DNA from: Escherichia phage vB_EcoM_IME392
DNA length: 64,000 nucleotides
Direction: 5' to 3' (one strand)
Sequence record: MH719082.1
Below the pieces are notes generated by a model. That model saw only the letters and a program-made list of their open reading frames with translations, was not told the DNA's origin and ran no database searches. The position numbers were made by a program, and so were the translations under genes. This document shows, piece after piece, positions 43,035-53,610 of this stretch. The stretch's first letter is position 1, and every line of letters starts with the position of its first letter.

Positions 43035-43865
43035 ATGATGGAAACTGTATCTCGTGAAGAATTAGCGTCCCAGAAGGCTTCCGAGGAAGTCGTTGCTGCG
43101 ACTCCTGTAGTCGATCCGGCTACGTCAGACTCTACTGGTATTCTGATTACCGCGGAACAGCTTCCGTCTCGGTTCTTAGCTTACCCTGCTGGTACCACTA
43201 TTTCGTATAAGCCCTACAGCTTCGGCGAAGTAGAGAGATGGTCCCACGGTAAGATGACTCTTGAGCAGAAGATCGAACTAACCTTCGCCAACATCGAAAC
43301 TCGCGGTATAACTAAGGGACAGATCGTATTCGAAGATCTCCTCCTTATTATGGTACTCCGTAAGTTAACCACGTTCTCTAAGAACGAGTGGCGTCTTTCC
43401 TACACATGCCCAGGTTGCCAGGAATATATCTCCTCTAGCCGTAGCTTAAGCGAGATTATCTTCCAGGACTTAACCGAAATAGAAGAATTGCCTATTATCC
43501 TCGATCTTCCTAATGGGGATACTCTGGAATTCACCCCGTTTACGGTTGATGATATGATGGTGTGCCGTCGTATCTCTCCCGAGCGCTCTGCGGAAGTAGA
43601 GTTGCCTAAGATGGTCCGTAATAAGACCTACGAAGAAGCCAAGAAGATTATCCTCGAGAATAAAGACTCTGATATAATTCAGGCTCTTCAGATGATCGAC
43701 GAGATTCTTGACTTTGGTCGCCAGTATATTGAATGTGCTTGCCCTAAGTGTGGACATAAGGCCGAAGTAACGGTCAAGGGGGTAAGCCAACTGGCGGAAC
43801 CGTTTCGTAGAGATGAAGTCTCTATTAAACATCTCATCTCTTTTGGCAAGAAGAAACATGGTTGA
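43035..43865 (+). CDS. Putative tail assembly chaperone with Zn-ribbon
   Basis: CPGC ... CPKCGH cysteine pairs. Positioned between the tube genes and the tape measure. Confidence 0.3.
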   Translation: MMETVSREELASQKASEEVVAATPVVDPATSDSTGILITAEQLPSRFLAYPAGTTISYKPYSFGEVERWSHGKMTLEQKIELTFANIETRGITKGQIVFEDLLLIMVLRKLTTFSKNEWRLSYTCPGCQEYISSSRSLSEIIFQDLTEIEELPIILDLPNGDTLEFTPFTVDDMMVCRRISPERSAEVELPKMVRNKTYEEAKKIILENKDSDIIQALQMIDEILDFGRQYIECACPKCGHKAEVTVKGVSQLAEPFRRDEVSIKHLISFGKKKHG

Positions 43866-43943
43866 TCTTTACCACGTGAAAAGGATGGACTTTTCCGAGG
43901 CATTCCACCATTATCAAGAAATAGTTGCTGCGGAGAGTAAATA

Positions 43944-46802
43944 ATGGTTAGCATAGTTAGAGGCATATCTGGGATTGCTCGTACAGAAGCTACCGATCCG
44001 ATTAAGGATGCCTCTGATTACGAGCATGCCAGGTCTAAATTGGAAGAAGATCTTATCGGGATCCGTTCTACGGTTAAGATACTCTCCAGCAACGATGTAG
44101 ATGTAGGTCTTAGCTCCGATGAAGTTAAGACCCTGAATACACTGATGGGTAAGTTTTACGGCAGGGCTAAGTTCTCTACCCAGGAAGCTGAGCAGCTGAT
44201 CTCCTTAAGAGATAAAGTCGGCCAGGTTGCGGATATGTACGCTACTGCCGAGGATCAAAAGGCCATCGCTGCGGAATCTTTACTCGACACCTATCAGTCA
44301 ATATTAAATGACTCTAGACTTACTCGTGGCGTCCGTATGACTGCTATGAGAGAACTGAGTGGGTTACTTCGGGTACTTAACGTATCCAATTCCTCACTTA
44401 GTACTATCAATATGCGGAAGAATAACCGCATCATTGAGCAAGCTAGAGCTGAGTTAGCCAATCAGAACGTAAAGATTAAATATTCTGATACGGTAAAGGT
44501 TGCTAACTTAACGAACAGGAGTAAGGATGAGAGGGATACTCTTGACAGATTTAACATACGTCAAACTGGCCGTAATTTAAGGGATTCGTTCCTTAATACC
44601 CCATCGCAGTTTTCCGTAGGTTCTGTCCGCAAGGAAGCACTCTCATCAGGTCTAGGTGCCTTAGGTTTAGGGGACCTGGATAGTGTATTCGGTATATCTG
44701 ATAAATTGGATGGTGCCATATCATCCATGTTCCGTAAAAGGAAAGATGAACCGGATACTACTGACGAAGAATTAAAGGCCATATCTCGAGAGATTCTTAA
44801 ATCAGAAAATAAACCCGATGGAGAATCTTCCACTGAGGCCTCTGCTAAAGTCGACGGTAAAGAGGCTAAGGTCGAGATTACTACTCCAGATGCTACTGTA
44901 AATCCAAAACCCAGTTTCGGACCTACTCCAGAAGAGGAGCAGAATCAGAAGCTGGACGAGATTAACAACAGCATTCGAGAGTTAATTAATGAGACTAGGT
45001 CTGGCCAGGACGAACTGTCCCGTAAGCAGACTCAGTTAATTAATGGTCAGTCTACTTTGGTGGATATCGATGAGCAACTGGTATCGGTAACCAGAGCTAA
45101 TGGAAGAGCTAACCATGAAGAAATTGATCCTTTCGCTAACGAACAGAAGCAGGGTGCTGCTGATTCTATCTTTGATGATCTTATCGGTGGTGGCGATGAG
45201 CGTGGCCGCAGAGGTAGAAGAGGTAGGGGAAGAAGAGGCAGGACTCGTCTCGGTCGTGGACTCAGCAGGTTCGGTAGACTCGGCAGGATGGCAGGCAGAG
45301 CAGTCGACGCAGCTGCCACCGGAGGACTTGCGAGAGGTGCTGCTCGTGGAGGTGGTGCGCTTCTGAGAGCTGGCCTTAAGGGAGCTAAGTTCATCCCAGG
45401 AATCGGGTTAGCCGTAACTGCTGGTATGGGAGTTTATGATGCTGTCTCTGGATGGGATGGAGATAAGGCTAAGGAACTATTCGGTAGTGACGATAACTGG
45501 GCTAAGGCTGGCTCATCTGCAGCCTCACTATCCTCTGGGTTAACTTTAGGGTTAGCATCTCCAGAGGATGTAGTGAATGTCGCTAAGTCTGCTGTAGATA
45601 CTGTACAGAAGACATACGAAGGTGCGGTTAATATTGCAAATAACCTAACGGCGTCATTCTCAGGGATGTATAAGAATGCGTCCGACTGGCTTTCCAAGTC
45701 CGTCTCCGATACATCTAAGTGGTTCTCCGATAGTTACGACTCAGTAACCAAGTCCATAACCGGAGAAATCAGTGAATTATCTAACTTGGTTACAGAATTT
45801 ATAAATGATCCTATGAAGTCTATAGGTGAAGGTATTGGTGGCCTATTTGATTGGCTATCAGACCTACCGGTAGTCGGTGACTTCTTTAAAGGACTTAAGA
45901 AAGGAGCTGTTGCGGTATCCAATGGGATTATCGGAGCAGGTGCCTCCATAGTTAATGGCGCAAGAGCTGTTGGTGGAATAATATCCAATGGTTATGACAG
46001 TGCTGTTGATGCCGGTGGTAGTATCCTACAGTCCGCTATGCAGAATGCCTCTCGATACCTCCCAAGCTCTAAGGAGCAGACGGAGCGTAAGAACAATCTG
46101 GCAGAGTATGCTAAGCAGCAGGGAATCGACGATAAAGAATTGGCTCTATTCATGGGCCAGGTTCAGCATGAATCTGGTAACTTCCGTTATAATAAAGAAC
46201 TAGCCTCTGGTAAAGCGTACGAGGGTCGTAAAGACCTGGGTAACGTAAATCCTGGGGACGGGGTTCGTTATAAGGGTCGTGGCTGGATACAGCTTACTGG
46301 TAGGGCTAATTACCAGAAATATGGTAAGATGCTGGGTATAGATCTCGAAAATAATCCGGAGATGGCTGAAGATCCTGAAATCGCCAATAAGTTGGCGGTT
46401 GCATATTGGAAAGATCGTGTGCGACCACAGCTGGAGAAGAAAGGATCTACTGTTGAAGTGGCAACTAAGGCAGTCAATGGTGGGTATAATGGGTTAGCAG
46501 ACCGTGCTGCATATACTGCAGAATGGATGAAGAATGGTTCTGATGCTGAGGCATCTAAGTCAGGAGCTACCCAGGTTGCTCAGAACGTACCTCTCGAGGT
46601 CCCTAAAGCTCCTACCCCTACAGACGATGTTAATAAACAACGTCAAGATCAGAATAATCAATTGGCTGCTATGGCTGCTGGTTCCACCAGAAATCAGGAT
46701 CCTGCTGCTATAACTCCTAACGTACCTTCAGTGGTTACGGATAAGAGTGACACTATTGATGACTATGGTCTGGCGTTCTTCAACAAGATGGTGTTCTCAT
46801 AA
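43944..46802 (+). CDS. Tail tape-measure protein with a C-terminal glycoside-hydrolase (GH19/chitinase-like lysozyme) domain
   Basis: 952 aa. N-terminal coiled coils, a Gly/Arg-rich low-complexity segment (RGRRGRRGRGRRGRTRLGRGLSRFGRLGR) and Gly-rich putative TM segments. C-terminal GQVQHESGNFRYNKE...YKGRGWIQLTGRANY...AVNGGYNG is typical of COG3179/GH19-like lysozymes. Confidence 0.7.
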   Translation: MVSIVRGISGIARTEATDPIKDASDYEHARSKLEEDLIGIRSTVKILSSNDVDVGLSSDEVKTLNTLMGKFYGRAKFSTQEAEQLISLRDKVGQVADMYATAEDQKAIAAESLLDTYQSILNDSRLTRGVRMTAMRELSGLLRVLNVSNSSLSTINMRKNNRIIEQARAELANQNVKIKYSDTVKVANLTNRSKDERDTLDRFNIRQTGRNLRDSFLNTPSQFSVGSVRKEALSSGLGALGLGDLDSVFGISDKLDGAISSMFRKRKDEPDTTDEELKAISREILKSENKPDGESSTEASAKVDGKEAKVEITTPDATVNPKPSFGPTPEEEQNQKLDEINNSIRELINETRSGQDELSRKQTQLINGQSTLVDIDEQLVSVTRANGRANHEEIDPFANEQKQGAADSIFDDLIGGGDERGRRGRRGRGRRGRTRLGRGLSRFGRLGRMAGRAVDAAATGGLARGAARGGGALLRAGLKGAKFIPGIGLAVTAGMGVYDAVSGWDGDKAKELFGSDDNWAKAGSSAASLSSGLTLGLASPEDVVNVAKSAVDTVQKTYEGAVNIANNLTASFSGMYKNASDWLSKSVSDTSKWFSDSYDSVTKSITGEISELSNLVTEFINDPMKSIGEGIGGLFDWLSDLPVVGDFFKGLKKGAVAVSNGIIGAGASIVNGARAVGGIISNGYDSAVDAGGSILQSAMQNASRYLPSSKEQTERKNNLAEYAKQQGIDDKELALFMGQVQHESGNFRYNKELASGKAYEGRKDLGNVNPGDGVRYKGRGWIQLTGRANYQKYGKMLGIDLENNPEMAEDPEIANKLAVAYWKDRVRPQLEKKGSTVEVATKAVNGGYNGLADRAAYTAEWMKNGSDAEASKSGATQVAQNVPLEVPKAPTPTDDVNKQRQDQNNQLAAMAAGSTRNQDPAAITPNVPSVVTDKSDTIDDYGLAFFNKMVFS

Positions 46803-47437
46803 TGGCAGTATTAGACATCGAGAAGCTATACGCGAATCCAGATGCTAGAATTGTCTTAGTCCATCCTGGTAACAAGTCCCGTACTGTAGGTCTTATAGAG
46901 ACGGATTTCGGATTCGATATTTCGTCTCTGTTTGAATCTGGTGAAAACTTGATGGCTGGTACCTTAACGCGAGGTGCTAACGCGGTAGCTAATACCGTGG
47001 GTATGGATCAGATGGTTATACGAAATATTCGTGAAACTATCGCTCAGTGGCGAGGAAGTACCAAACCAGTATTTCCAGTGCCTCTGACAATTATCTCATA
47101 CAATCCATCCATCAGACCTTTGGACATAGTTAAAGAGTTCCTGGCTGGGGTAACATACACTACCAAGAACGGACTTATGTTCGGAGCTCCTAATGGGTAC
47201 TCTGTAACCAAGGCGACTGGTAATTTCAATCCGGATACCGCTATAACAGGTACATGGACTCTGCAGATCGGCCAGTGGTTCAGGGCAACTAGCCTTATAC
47301 TCGTGAACGTGTCGACTCAGTACAGCAAGGAAATAGCTCGCTCTACTGGTCAGCCGTTATGGGCTAAGGTGCAACTGTCCTTCACCCCAGCATATCTGCC
47401 GGATGAGGATCATGTAAGATCCTGGTTTATTAAATAG
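46802..47437 (+). CDS. Hypothetical baseplate/tail protein
   Basis: 211-aa ORF, translationally coupled to the tape-measure gene. Confidence 0.4.
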   Translation: MAVLDIEKLYANPDARIVLVHPGNKSRTVGLIETDFGFDISSLFESGENLMAGTLTRGANAVANTVGMDQMVIRNIRETIAQWRGSTKPVFPVPLTIISYNPSIRPLDIVKEFLAGVTYTTKNGLMFGAPNGYSVTKATGNFNPDTAITGTWTLQIGQWFRATSLILVNVSTQYSKEIARSTGQPLWAKVQLSFTPAYLPDEDHVRSWFIK

Positions 47438-47444
47438 GTGACTT

Positions 47445-47822
47445 ATGTTCAAGATAGACTCAGACAAATTGGCTCAGAGGTATGATATCTCTAAATTCAT
47501 GTCTAATGAGAATGGGTCTATCTTGGACTCTGTTGATTCTGAATTTATGTACAAACTGAAGAATCTTTCTCGGTATGGTACATATACAGTGATCTCAGAA
47601 GTGGGTAGACCCGACCTACTCTCAGAACGAATCTATGGTGCTGGATTGACTCAGTACTGGTGGATTCTTATGATGGTGAATGAGTTGCGGTTCCCATGGG
47701 ACTTAACCATGAACTTAGTTCTGAGATATCCACTGATTGACGATCTGGAAGATATTTACTTCTCGCTGACTCCAGATGTGTCATCTGTCTCCGCTACTGC
47801 TAAAGTGGAGAGCTTATCATGA
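47445..47822 (+). CDS. LysM-like tail protein (P2 gpX-like)
   Basis: YTVISEVGRPDLLSERIYG...QYWWILMMVNEL resembles the LysM / Phage_tail_X pattern. Confidence 0.45.
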   Translation: MFKIDSDKLAQRYDISKFMSNENGSILDSVDSEFMYKLKNLSRYGTYTVISEVGRPDLLSERIYGAGLTQYWWILMMVNELRFPWDLTMNLVLRYPLIDDLEDIYFSLTPDVSSVSATAKVESLS

Positions 47823-48943
47823 TAGGTGTAAAAGGTCAATATGTTGCCATGTTTAAGATTGGCGACTTTAAAGACTTCATCGGCCCTAGAGATCTTATCC
47901 AGTTTAAGATCATCGAAGAGGCTGGTAACGTTATGCCTACTTATGAGCTAGTTTTCGAGTGCCGAGATGAGCAAATAGTCTCAGTACTCAAGGAAGGCAA
48001 TTTCATTTATGCCAGTTTCGGTCGTAACGAAGCTAGCATGATTAACGTTAAGTTAGCCATCCTAAAACGTCAGAAAACTAATTTCGGAGTAGGGTCTCAA
48101 ATCCTCAGAGTACTGGGAGTCTTCGGAGCTGTTCCGTACAGAATAGATTCCCAGGCAGCAAGTCATACTGGTACCTCAATAGAGGTGATGAAGTCTATAG
48201 TCTCTAAGTATTTTAAGGCAGACTTCAATTGCCCAGCATCTGATAACAAGATGAACTGGCTGCAGAATAACATTAACGATCGAGATTTCGTTAACCAGTT
48301 ATGGCTTCACAGTAATTTAAACTCCGATACTCCATTGGTAGGTATTACTACTGATGGTTTGTTTAGGGTCCGGTCTATCTCTACAGCAGTGGACAGGAAT
48401 AATCCTAACTGGAAGTTAACTTCCCTAGAGACCAAAGATGCCGGTGCTATTTATTACGATAAGCCACCTAACATCTATAGCGATTCAGGAGCAGTAAATG
48501 CTCTTGGTGGCTATGCCAAATCCAGGATTGTTCACAATCAGAGCGACAATCAGTCGTTCTACTCCACTCCTCAGGGATCCCCTATCCTATCAGTATCGAG
48601 TAATCAGGAAGTCTCGGATACGGGACGGCGTCTGGGAGGAGTGTCCATCCTTAATGAGAATGTACATTCTTCCTACCATTCGTCCTTCGATTACAACATC
48701 CGAAACCTCCTCCGATTATCCATGATGAAAGCCAAGGTCGAGATTACTGGGTATTATTTCAATATCAGAGTTCTCGATTCTGTGTTACTTAAAGAAGACT
48801 CTGATGCTCGTCGTAAGGAAGCCAATATGGATTCGTCAGGTCTTTGGCTAACCCAGAAGGTGTGCAGGATCTTCACTAACAAAGACTTATGTACCGTCCT
48901 TACGTTATGCAGAGATGGGATGAATAATTCCAGAGAGGTTTAA
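47819..48943 (+). CDS. Baseplate hub / P2 gpD-like tail protein (putative)
   Basis: 374 aa, between the X-like and spike genes (P2 order X-D). Start ATGA-coupled. Confidence 0.3.
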   Translation: MIGVKGQYVAMFKIGDFKDFIGPRDLIQFKIIEEAGNVMPTYELVFECRDEQIVSVLKEGNFIYASFGRNEASMINVKLAILKRQKTNFGVGSQILRVLGVFGAVPYRIDSQAASHTGTSIEVMKSIVSKYFKADFNCPASDNKMNWLQNNINDRDFVNQLWLHSNLNSDTPLVGITTDGLFRVRSISTAVDRNNPNWKLTSLETKDAGAIYYDKPPNIYSDSGAVNALGGYAKSRIVHNQSDNQSFYSTPQGSPILSVSSNQEVSDTGRRLGGVSILNENVHSSYHSSFDYNIRNLLRLSMMKAKVEITGYYFNIRVLDSVLLKEDSDARRKEANMDSSGLWLTQKVCRIFTNKDLCTVLTLCRDGMNNSREV

Positions 48944-48945
48944 GT

Positions 48946-49605
48946 ATGATAAATATTATAGACCTCATGCGTAATGGTCAGGATCCTCTGAAGGCCATCC
49001 ATAAGGGAGTAGTCGTTGATAATAACGACCCTGCCCAAAAATGCAGAGTAAAGGTTAGGGTTCCTGGGGTACTCGATGGTGATGGTATCCCATGGGCCAT
49101 TCCTATTGCATCTGCATTCCTGGGGGATGGGGAATCTGACCGTGTGGAAATACCAGAAGTAGGTACCGAGGTATCTGTCTCGTTCCCCACAGGAGATCAG
49201 CATTTCCCATTCTACACTGGGAGATGGCACTCTAAGGAAGTCCCGGAAGAGTTTAAAGAGAATTATCCCAATAGGTACGGATTTAAGGATTCTACCGGCA
49301 CTGTATTCTATATAGATAAAGTGTCTAAGGAAGTTCATTTTAAGCACTGTTCTGGATTTCAGTTCGATATTGACCAAGAGGCTAATTTTACTCTCACCAC
49401 CCCAGGAGGAGGTAAGGTCGATATCGCTAAAGCTCTGGAGATAATCGCCAAAGAGCATATCAAACTGGATACTCCTCTTGTCGATGGAACAGGAGAGATC
49501 AAGGACAAGGTTCGCAAGATGTCGGAAGATCGCGCTATCTACAACGGTCACGATCATGTTGGCGATAGTGGTGGTAGTACATCTCCGCCTAACTCTAAAC
49601 AGTAG
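48946..49605 (+). CDS. Baseplate central spike protein (gp5 N-terminal OB / P2 gpV-like)
   Basis: GVVVDNNDPAQKCRVKVRVPGVLDGDGIPWAIPI...GTEVSVSFPTGDQHFPFYTGRW is the typical Phage_base_V OB-fold segment. Confidence 0.6.
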   Translation: MINIIDLMRNGQDPLKAIHKGVVVDNNDPAQKCRVKVRVPGVLDGDGIPWAIPIASAFLGDGESDRVEIPEVGTEVSVSFPTGDQHFPFYTGRWHSKEVPEEFKENYPNRYGFKDSTGTVFYIDKVSKEVHFKHCSGFQFDIDQEANFTLTTPGGGKVDIAKALEIIAKEHIKLDTPLVDGTGEIKDKVRKMSEDRAIYNGHDHVGDSGGSTSPPNSKQ

Positions 49606-49610
49606 GTTCA

Positions 49611-49981
49611 TGATGGTTCAGCCAATTTATCGAGATATAGACCAGACCCTTAAGCGTAACTCGCTTAAGGATGGTGATGCAGTATTTCAGGCCATAGTTA
49701 ATGTACTGAAGACTCGCAAAGGTACCAGAATGTTTAATATGGAGTTTGGTTCTAATCTCGAAGATATCATCATGGAACCATGCGACGATATCACTGGTCT
49801 GCAAGTTTATGCAGAGGTGGTCGACGCTGTTACGAGATGGGAGCCAAGAGCCCTGTTAGACCGAGGTAAAACTAAGGTTACTCCTGATCCGGATAATCAC
49901 ATATTCTGGGTAGACTTATGGTTCTCTGTCAAAGGAATCGATGGTCAAGAATTTAACTACGAGGTGGGTCTGAAACGATGA
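49611..49981 (+). CDS. Baseplate wedge protein gp25 / P2 gpW family
   Basis: RGTRMFNMEFGSNLEDIIMEPCDDITGLQVYAEVVDAVTRWEPRALL matches the GPW_gp25 pattern. Start ATG 49611 follows the stop of the spike gene; the upstream extension in the ORF track is rejected. Confidence 0.7.
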
Positions 49982-51351
49982 ACATAATTCAAGATTCCTC
50001 TCTATCCTTCGACCAGATCAGAACGGATTTAGAGAACTATATTAAGTCTCTTCCAGATTATGAGACTAAGTGGAAGGACTTCTACGAGGCTGGTGCTGGC
50101 GAAACAGTACTTAATACTGGTGCTGGTATCACTGCATTCTTAGCTTACGCTGCCTACATGAACCGCCGAGATTCGTTACTGGATTTCGGCAATATGACCT
50201 CGACCATCGTGTCTATTGGGTCTGCATTAGGTTACGTGTATAATCGTAAATCTGCTCCTCTTCTCCAGATTACGTTTACATCCACTGAGCAAGTTTACTG
50301 GGATAAGGAAGATCCTATCGGTAACTACATGGGTCGTTCTCTGGTTCTCACCAACTCCACCCAAATAGAAGTTGGCGTGAACACCATTGTGGTTGCTATA
50401 GGTGATTGGGTCTCTCAGGAGATAACCATCACTGATGCTAAGGATTTTAAAGGTATCAACGTACCTATTCAGCCTGATAATAATCTGGTTAACCTGTATA
50501 TCGATGGAGAGAAGATCTCCTACACCACAGCTGCGGAAGATATGGATTCGGACAATGTCCTAATTCGTTCTTACTTCTCGGGAATATTCATTATCTTCGG
50601 GAACGGGTCACTGGGCAGGAAGGCTGCTGTTAACCAGGTACTTAAGATAGAGTACGTTGCTCCCGCTGATAAACTAGATGGGTTAACTCTGGATCCTACC
50701 AAGATTCAGTTATACGTTGAAAATACGAGTAACTCATCTGAAGTTAAATACCCTGGGTCAGACCCTGATAGTCCTGAGAAGATCGTTGCTATTGCTCCTG
50801 GTTATTATTCAGCCAAGAGACGTCTGGTTACTCTGGACGATTACGCTTCGATAGGTGCTTCTTATCAGGGTGTGGTAAGTGCTAACGCTGCTCTTCCGAC
50901 TACTTCTTGCTGCTCGGTTAACGTCTCGTACCTACGAGCCGATGAATTAACCATGAATGATGCTATGAAGGCAGATTTCGAGAAGTATATGCTGCAGTAC
51001 GCCATGCTGGGTTCTAACATAAATGTTATAGACCCTATCAGGATCATGGTCGATGTTAAGATGCGAGTGGTTATTGACTCCGGAGCTGATACGGATGCCA
51101 TTACCAAGAAGATTCGTGAAACCATAAATAAAAAGTGCATGACTAACGGTGCATTCTTTACGGTTAACGATATGACTCTGCCAGAGTCTCTTCGCGTTAG
51201 ACGTATCTACATTAAGCAGCCTATTCTTGACCGACAGGCTAAGTACAATGAGTACTATAAGCTCCGCAAACTGGAGATCAGTTATACGGAAGATCGGACT
51301 CTGGTAGATTCCGGAGGCACAGATAAGAATGCGGGGTATGAGTATGGCTAA
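49978..51351 (+). CDS. Baseplate J-like protein (gp6 / P2 gpJ family, putative)
   Basis: 457 aa, ATGA-coupled to the gp25-like gene. Position as in P2/T4 W-J. Confidence 0.4.
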   Translation: MNIIQDSSLSFDQIRTDLENYIKSLPDYETKWKDFYEAGAGETVLNTGAGITAFLAYAAYMNRRDSLLDFGNMTSTIVSIGSALGYVYNRKSAPLLQITFTSTEQVYWDKEDPIGNYMGRSLVLTNSTQIEVGVNTIVVAIGDWVSQEITITDAKDFKGINVPIQPDNNLVNLYIDGEKISYTTAAEDMDSDNVLIRSYFSGIFIIFGNGSLGRKAAVNQVLKIEYVAPADKLDGLTLDPTKIQLYVENTSNSSEVKYPGSDPDSPEKIVAIAPGYYSAKRRLVTLDDYASIGASYQGVVSANAALPTTSCCSVNVSYLRADELTMNDAMKADFEKYMLQYAMLGSNINVIDPIRIMVDVKMRVVIDSGADTDAITKKIRETINKKCMTNGAFFTVNDMTLPESLRVRRIYIKQPILDRQAKYNEYYKLRKLEISYTEDRTLVDSGGTDKNAGYEYG

Positions 51352-52822
51352 GTTCAACACTCTAGATTACTTCTCTCCTAACCTTAGAGGGAACGAGTTA
51401 TATAAGTTCTTCTCGCAGGTGCTGGATCATGGTCTAGAGACTGTTGTCTTTCCGGAGATGGATAAAAATACGGCGATTTATGATCCTAGTAAACCGTCTT
51501 ATGATCCGATTTATATCCTGGAGCTACTGGGTCAACCAGACTTAGCAGATCTCATAACTACCGAGGTAGACCAGAACTCAGTATCTGTACTCCTCCCAAG
51601 TATCCTTGATAACAAGGGTATGAAGGATGGGGTTGATCTTATCTTTAAGCTGATAAATGTAGAGATAGAAGAGATATTGTATCAGAAGACTCCGGAAGGC
51701 TGCTCACTGGCAACCATCCTGCTTCCTAAGAACGTGATCTTGTCTACTCGGCAGATTAAGCTAATTGATCGTCTGTCGCGTAAGGTATTTCCGATATGCG
51801 TAAGACTTACCGGTATCGCTAACTGTCTTCCAGATGGCGTTGAATCTCTCGGAAGCGCCTCCTTGGACACCAGTTGGTTGCTAGACACATCAATCCTGGA
51901 TGGTTCAGTAGGTATACGAGTCCCAGATATTTCGGATACTCTATGGCTGCGATTCTGTCTCGATATTATGTCGGAGATGGAAGTACCTCTTGAAGTGTTG
52001 ATTGATCGCTTCTCGGATCGTCTGATGAACTCTTATCTGACTGTATTCGATAGGAGAACTATCAAGCTAGATAATGGTCTTATTCTGGATATGGGTACAT
52101 ACTTAGATCTCCAGAATACCGACACTGCTCACAGCAGACTCTATAGCTCATTGGCTAAGTTTAATGTAGATTTAAGCGCCGATTCCAGAACTACTGAGAT
52201 TGAGTCCTTACTGGACTTATCAGACTTGGTAGCTGGGTTGGAGTTTAAGTCCTCTATGCTGCGTGAGATCTTCCTGTTCTTGGATATCGACCTCTCAGAG
52301 TTCGGATTCCAGAATTACATGGATAGGAAGATAGAGCACTTATCCAAGGGGATAGAGCAAGTAAATTATGGATATGAGGGTGGTAATTACGCTGATGGTT
52401 ACGATTTAACTAACTATCAGGGTTTCGAATACGAGAACTTATACGTAATCCAATCTCATCGTGATGGCCAAACTCAGCGTAGCGGGACGGCTTATTACGG
52501 ATTGCCGGAAATAGACTGGCTACACTTCGAAGGTATGGACTTCATTAATGGGTCTTACCTGCTGGATGGTACTCGTTATCTTCACCAGGAGTTCATTAAA
52601 AAGATCAAAGTGTACGATTGGTATACTCATTGGTCTAGCTACCGAGAAGCTATGTTCCTAACCACTCATAAGACCGAAAGACTCTTAGAGAAACGGGATG
52701 GGACTATTCTCCATGACGGAACTTATAATCGCGGTGAGAAAGTAACTCGTTACGGATTCGAACCTCTGTACAACGACGTTATTAGTCACGATGATACTTA
52801 CTATCGCGATGCCAATCTATAG
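51344..52822 (+). CDS. Baseplate wedge / P2 gpI-like protein (putative)
   Basis: Start ATG 51344 (MAKFNT) overlaps the stop of the J-like gene. 492 aa. Confidence 0.3.
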   Translation: MAKFNTLDYFSPNLRGNELYKFFSQVLDHGLETVVFPEMDKNTAIYDPSKPSYDPIYILELLGQPDLADLITTEVDQNSVSVLLPSILDNKGMKDGVDLIFKLINVEIEEILYQKTPEGCSLATILLPKNVILSTRQIKLIDRLSRKVFPICVRLTGIANCLPDGVESLGSASLDTSWLLDTSILDGSVGIRVPDISDTLWLRFCLDIMSEMEVPLEVLIDRFSDRLMNSYLTVFDRRTIKLDNGLILDMGTYLDLQNTDTAHSRLYSSLAKFNVDLSADSRTTEIESLLDLSDLVAGLEFKSSMLREIFLFLDIDLSEFGFQNYMDRKIEHLSKGIEQVNYGYEGGNYADGYDLTNYQGFEYENLYVIQSHRDGQTQRSGTAYYGLPEIDWLHFEGMDFINGSYLLDGTRYLHQEFIKKIKVYDWYTHWSSYREAMFLTTHKTERLLEKRDGTILHDGTYNRGEKVTRYGFEPLYNDVISHDDTYYRDANL

Positions 52823-52830
52823 GTGATTAG

Positions 52831-53598
52831 ATGAGCAATTATACTGGGGCATTTAACTTTCATGCTCAGGTGTACCAATTTGAAGAAAGTGATGTGGTTA
52901 AAGGTGGCCCGGACGGCATTGATAACGTGCCTCTTACCCAGCTGTCAGATCGTACGTTTTATCTTAAGGCTCTTGCTGACTTTACATTCCTTAAGCTATT
53001 CAATCTTAATCCTCTCGGCTCGTTCAAACAAGGATTCCAGATTAACGTGGCTGGGTATGCGGTCTTCGACGAGGCCTCCGGTAAGTGGTTTAAGTGGACA
53101 GGATCTCTACCTAAAGTAGTGGTTAAGTCTTCTAAGCCAGAAACTACTGGAGGTATCTATGATCCAACCACCAATCCGAGCGGTAAGTGGGTGGCTATTG
53201 ACTTCAGTGTTCTAGACCTTGGCGCTGGGGTTAAGATCCCTACAGCAGCTGCTCCTGGTAATCTGTATAGCGGTAAGTACAATCCAGCCTTCGTTAAGAT
53301 TGAGAATGTCTCCAATCTAGACATAGCAGAAGCCATATATACCAGACTAGGGAATGTGGTTACTGTTAATGGCAAGATCACTGCTTCTGCTACCGATGCC
53401 GGAGAAGTAATGAAAATAGGAATTGGCTTACCTATTAACGCTACCTTCTCAGATGACTCAAGCCTCTCAGGAGTTGGCGTTGGTATAGTAGCTGGTCAGA
53501 TTTATGCCGATGTGGACAGTAGTGTGGCTGTTCTTGAGATTAATCAGGGTAGTACAGACGAGCTGTCTCTGAGATACACGTTCTCTTACACTATATAA
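52831..53598 (+). CDS. Tail fibre/tailspike-associated protein with shared N-terminal anchor module
   Basis: N-terminal ...GGPDGIDNVPLTQLSDRTFYLKAL... and G.W.KW.GSLPK.V motifs are shared with 53611, 59505 and 62616. Confidence 0.45.
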   Translation: MSNYTGAFNFHAQVYQFEESDVVKGGPDGIDNVPLTQLSDRTFYLKALADFTFLKLFNLNPLGSFKQGFQINVAGYAVFDEASGKWFKWTGSLPKVVVKSSKPETTGGIYDPTTNPSGKWVAIDFSVLDLGAGVKIPTAAAPGNLYSGKYNPAFVKIENVSNLDIAEAIYTRLGNVVTVNGKITASATDAGEVMKIGIGLPINATFSDDSSLSGVGVGIVAGQIYADVDSSVAVLEINQGSTDELSLRYTFSYTI

Positions 53599-53610
53599 TA
53601 GGATATCGAA

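Noticed and set aside
45047-45394. Minus-strand ORF encoding a Pro/Leu/Arg-rich 115-aa peptide
   Set aside because: It is antisense to the Arg/Gly repeat tract of the tape-measure gene. The repeat creates the open frame.
49478-49610. Upstream extension of the gp25-like ORF (track start 49478)
   Set aside because: The extension overlaps the 3' end of the baseplate-spike gene in another frame. The ATG at 49611 follows that gene's stop and gives a canonical gp25/W-sized protein.
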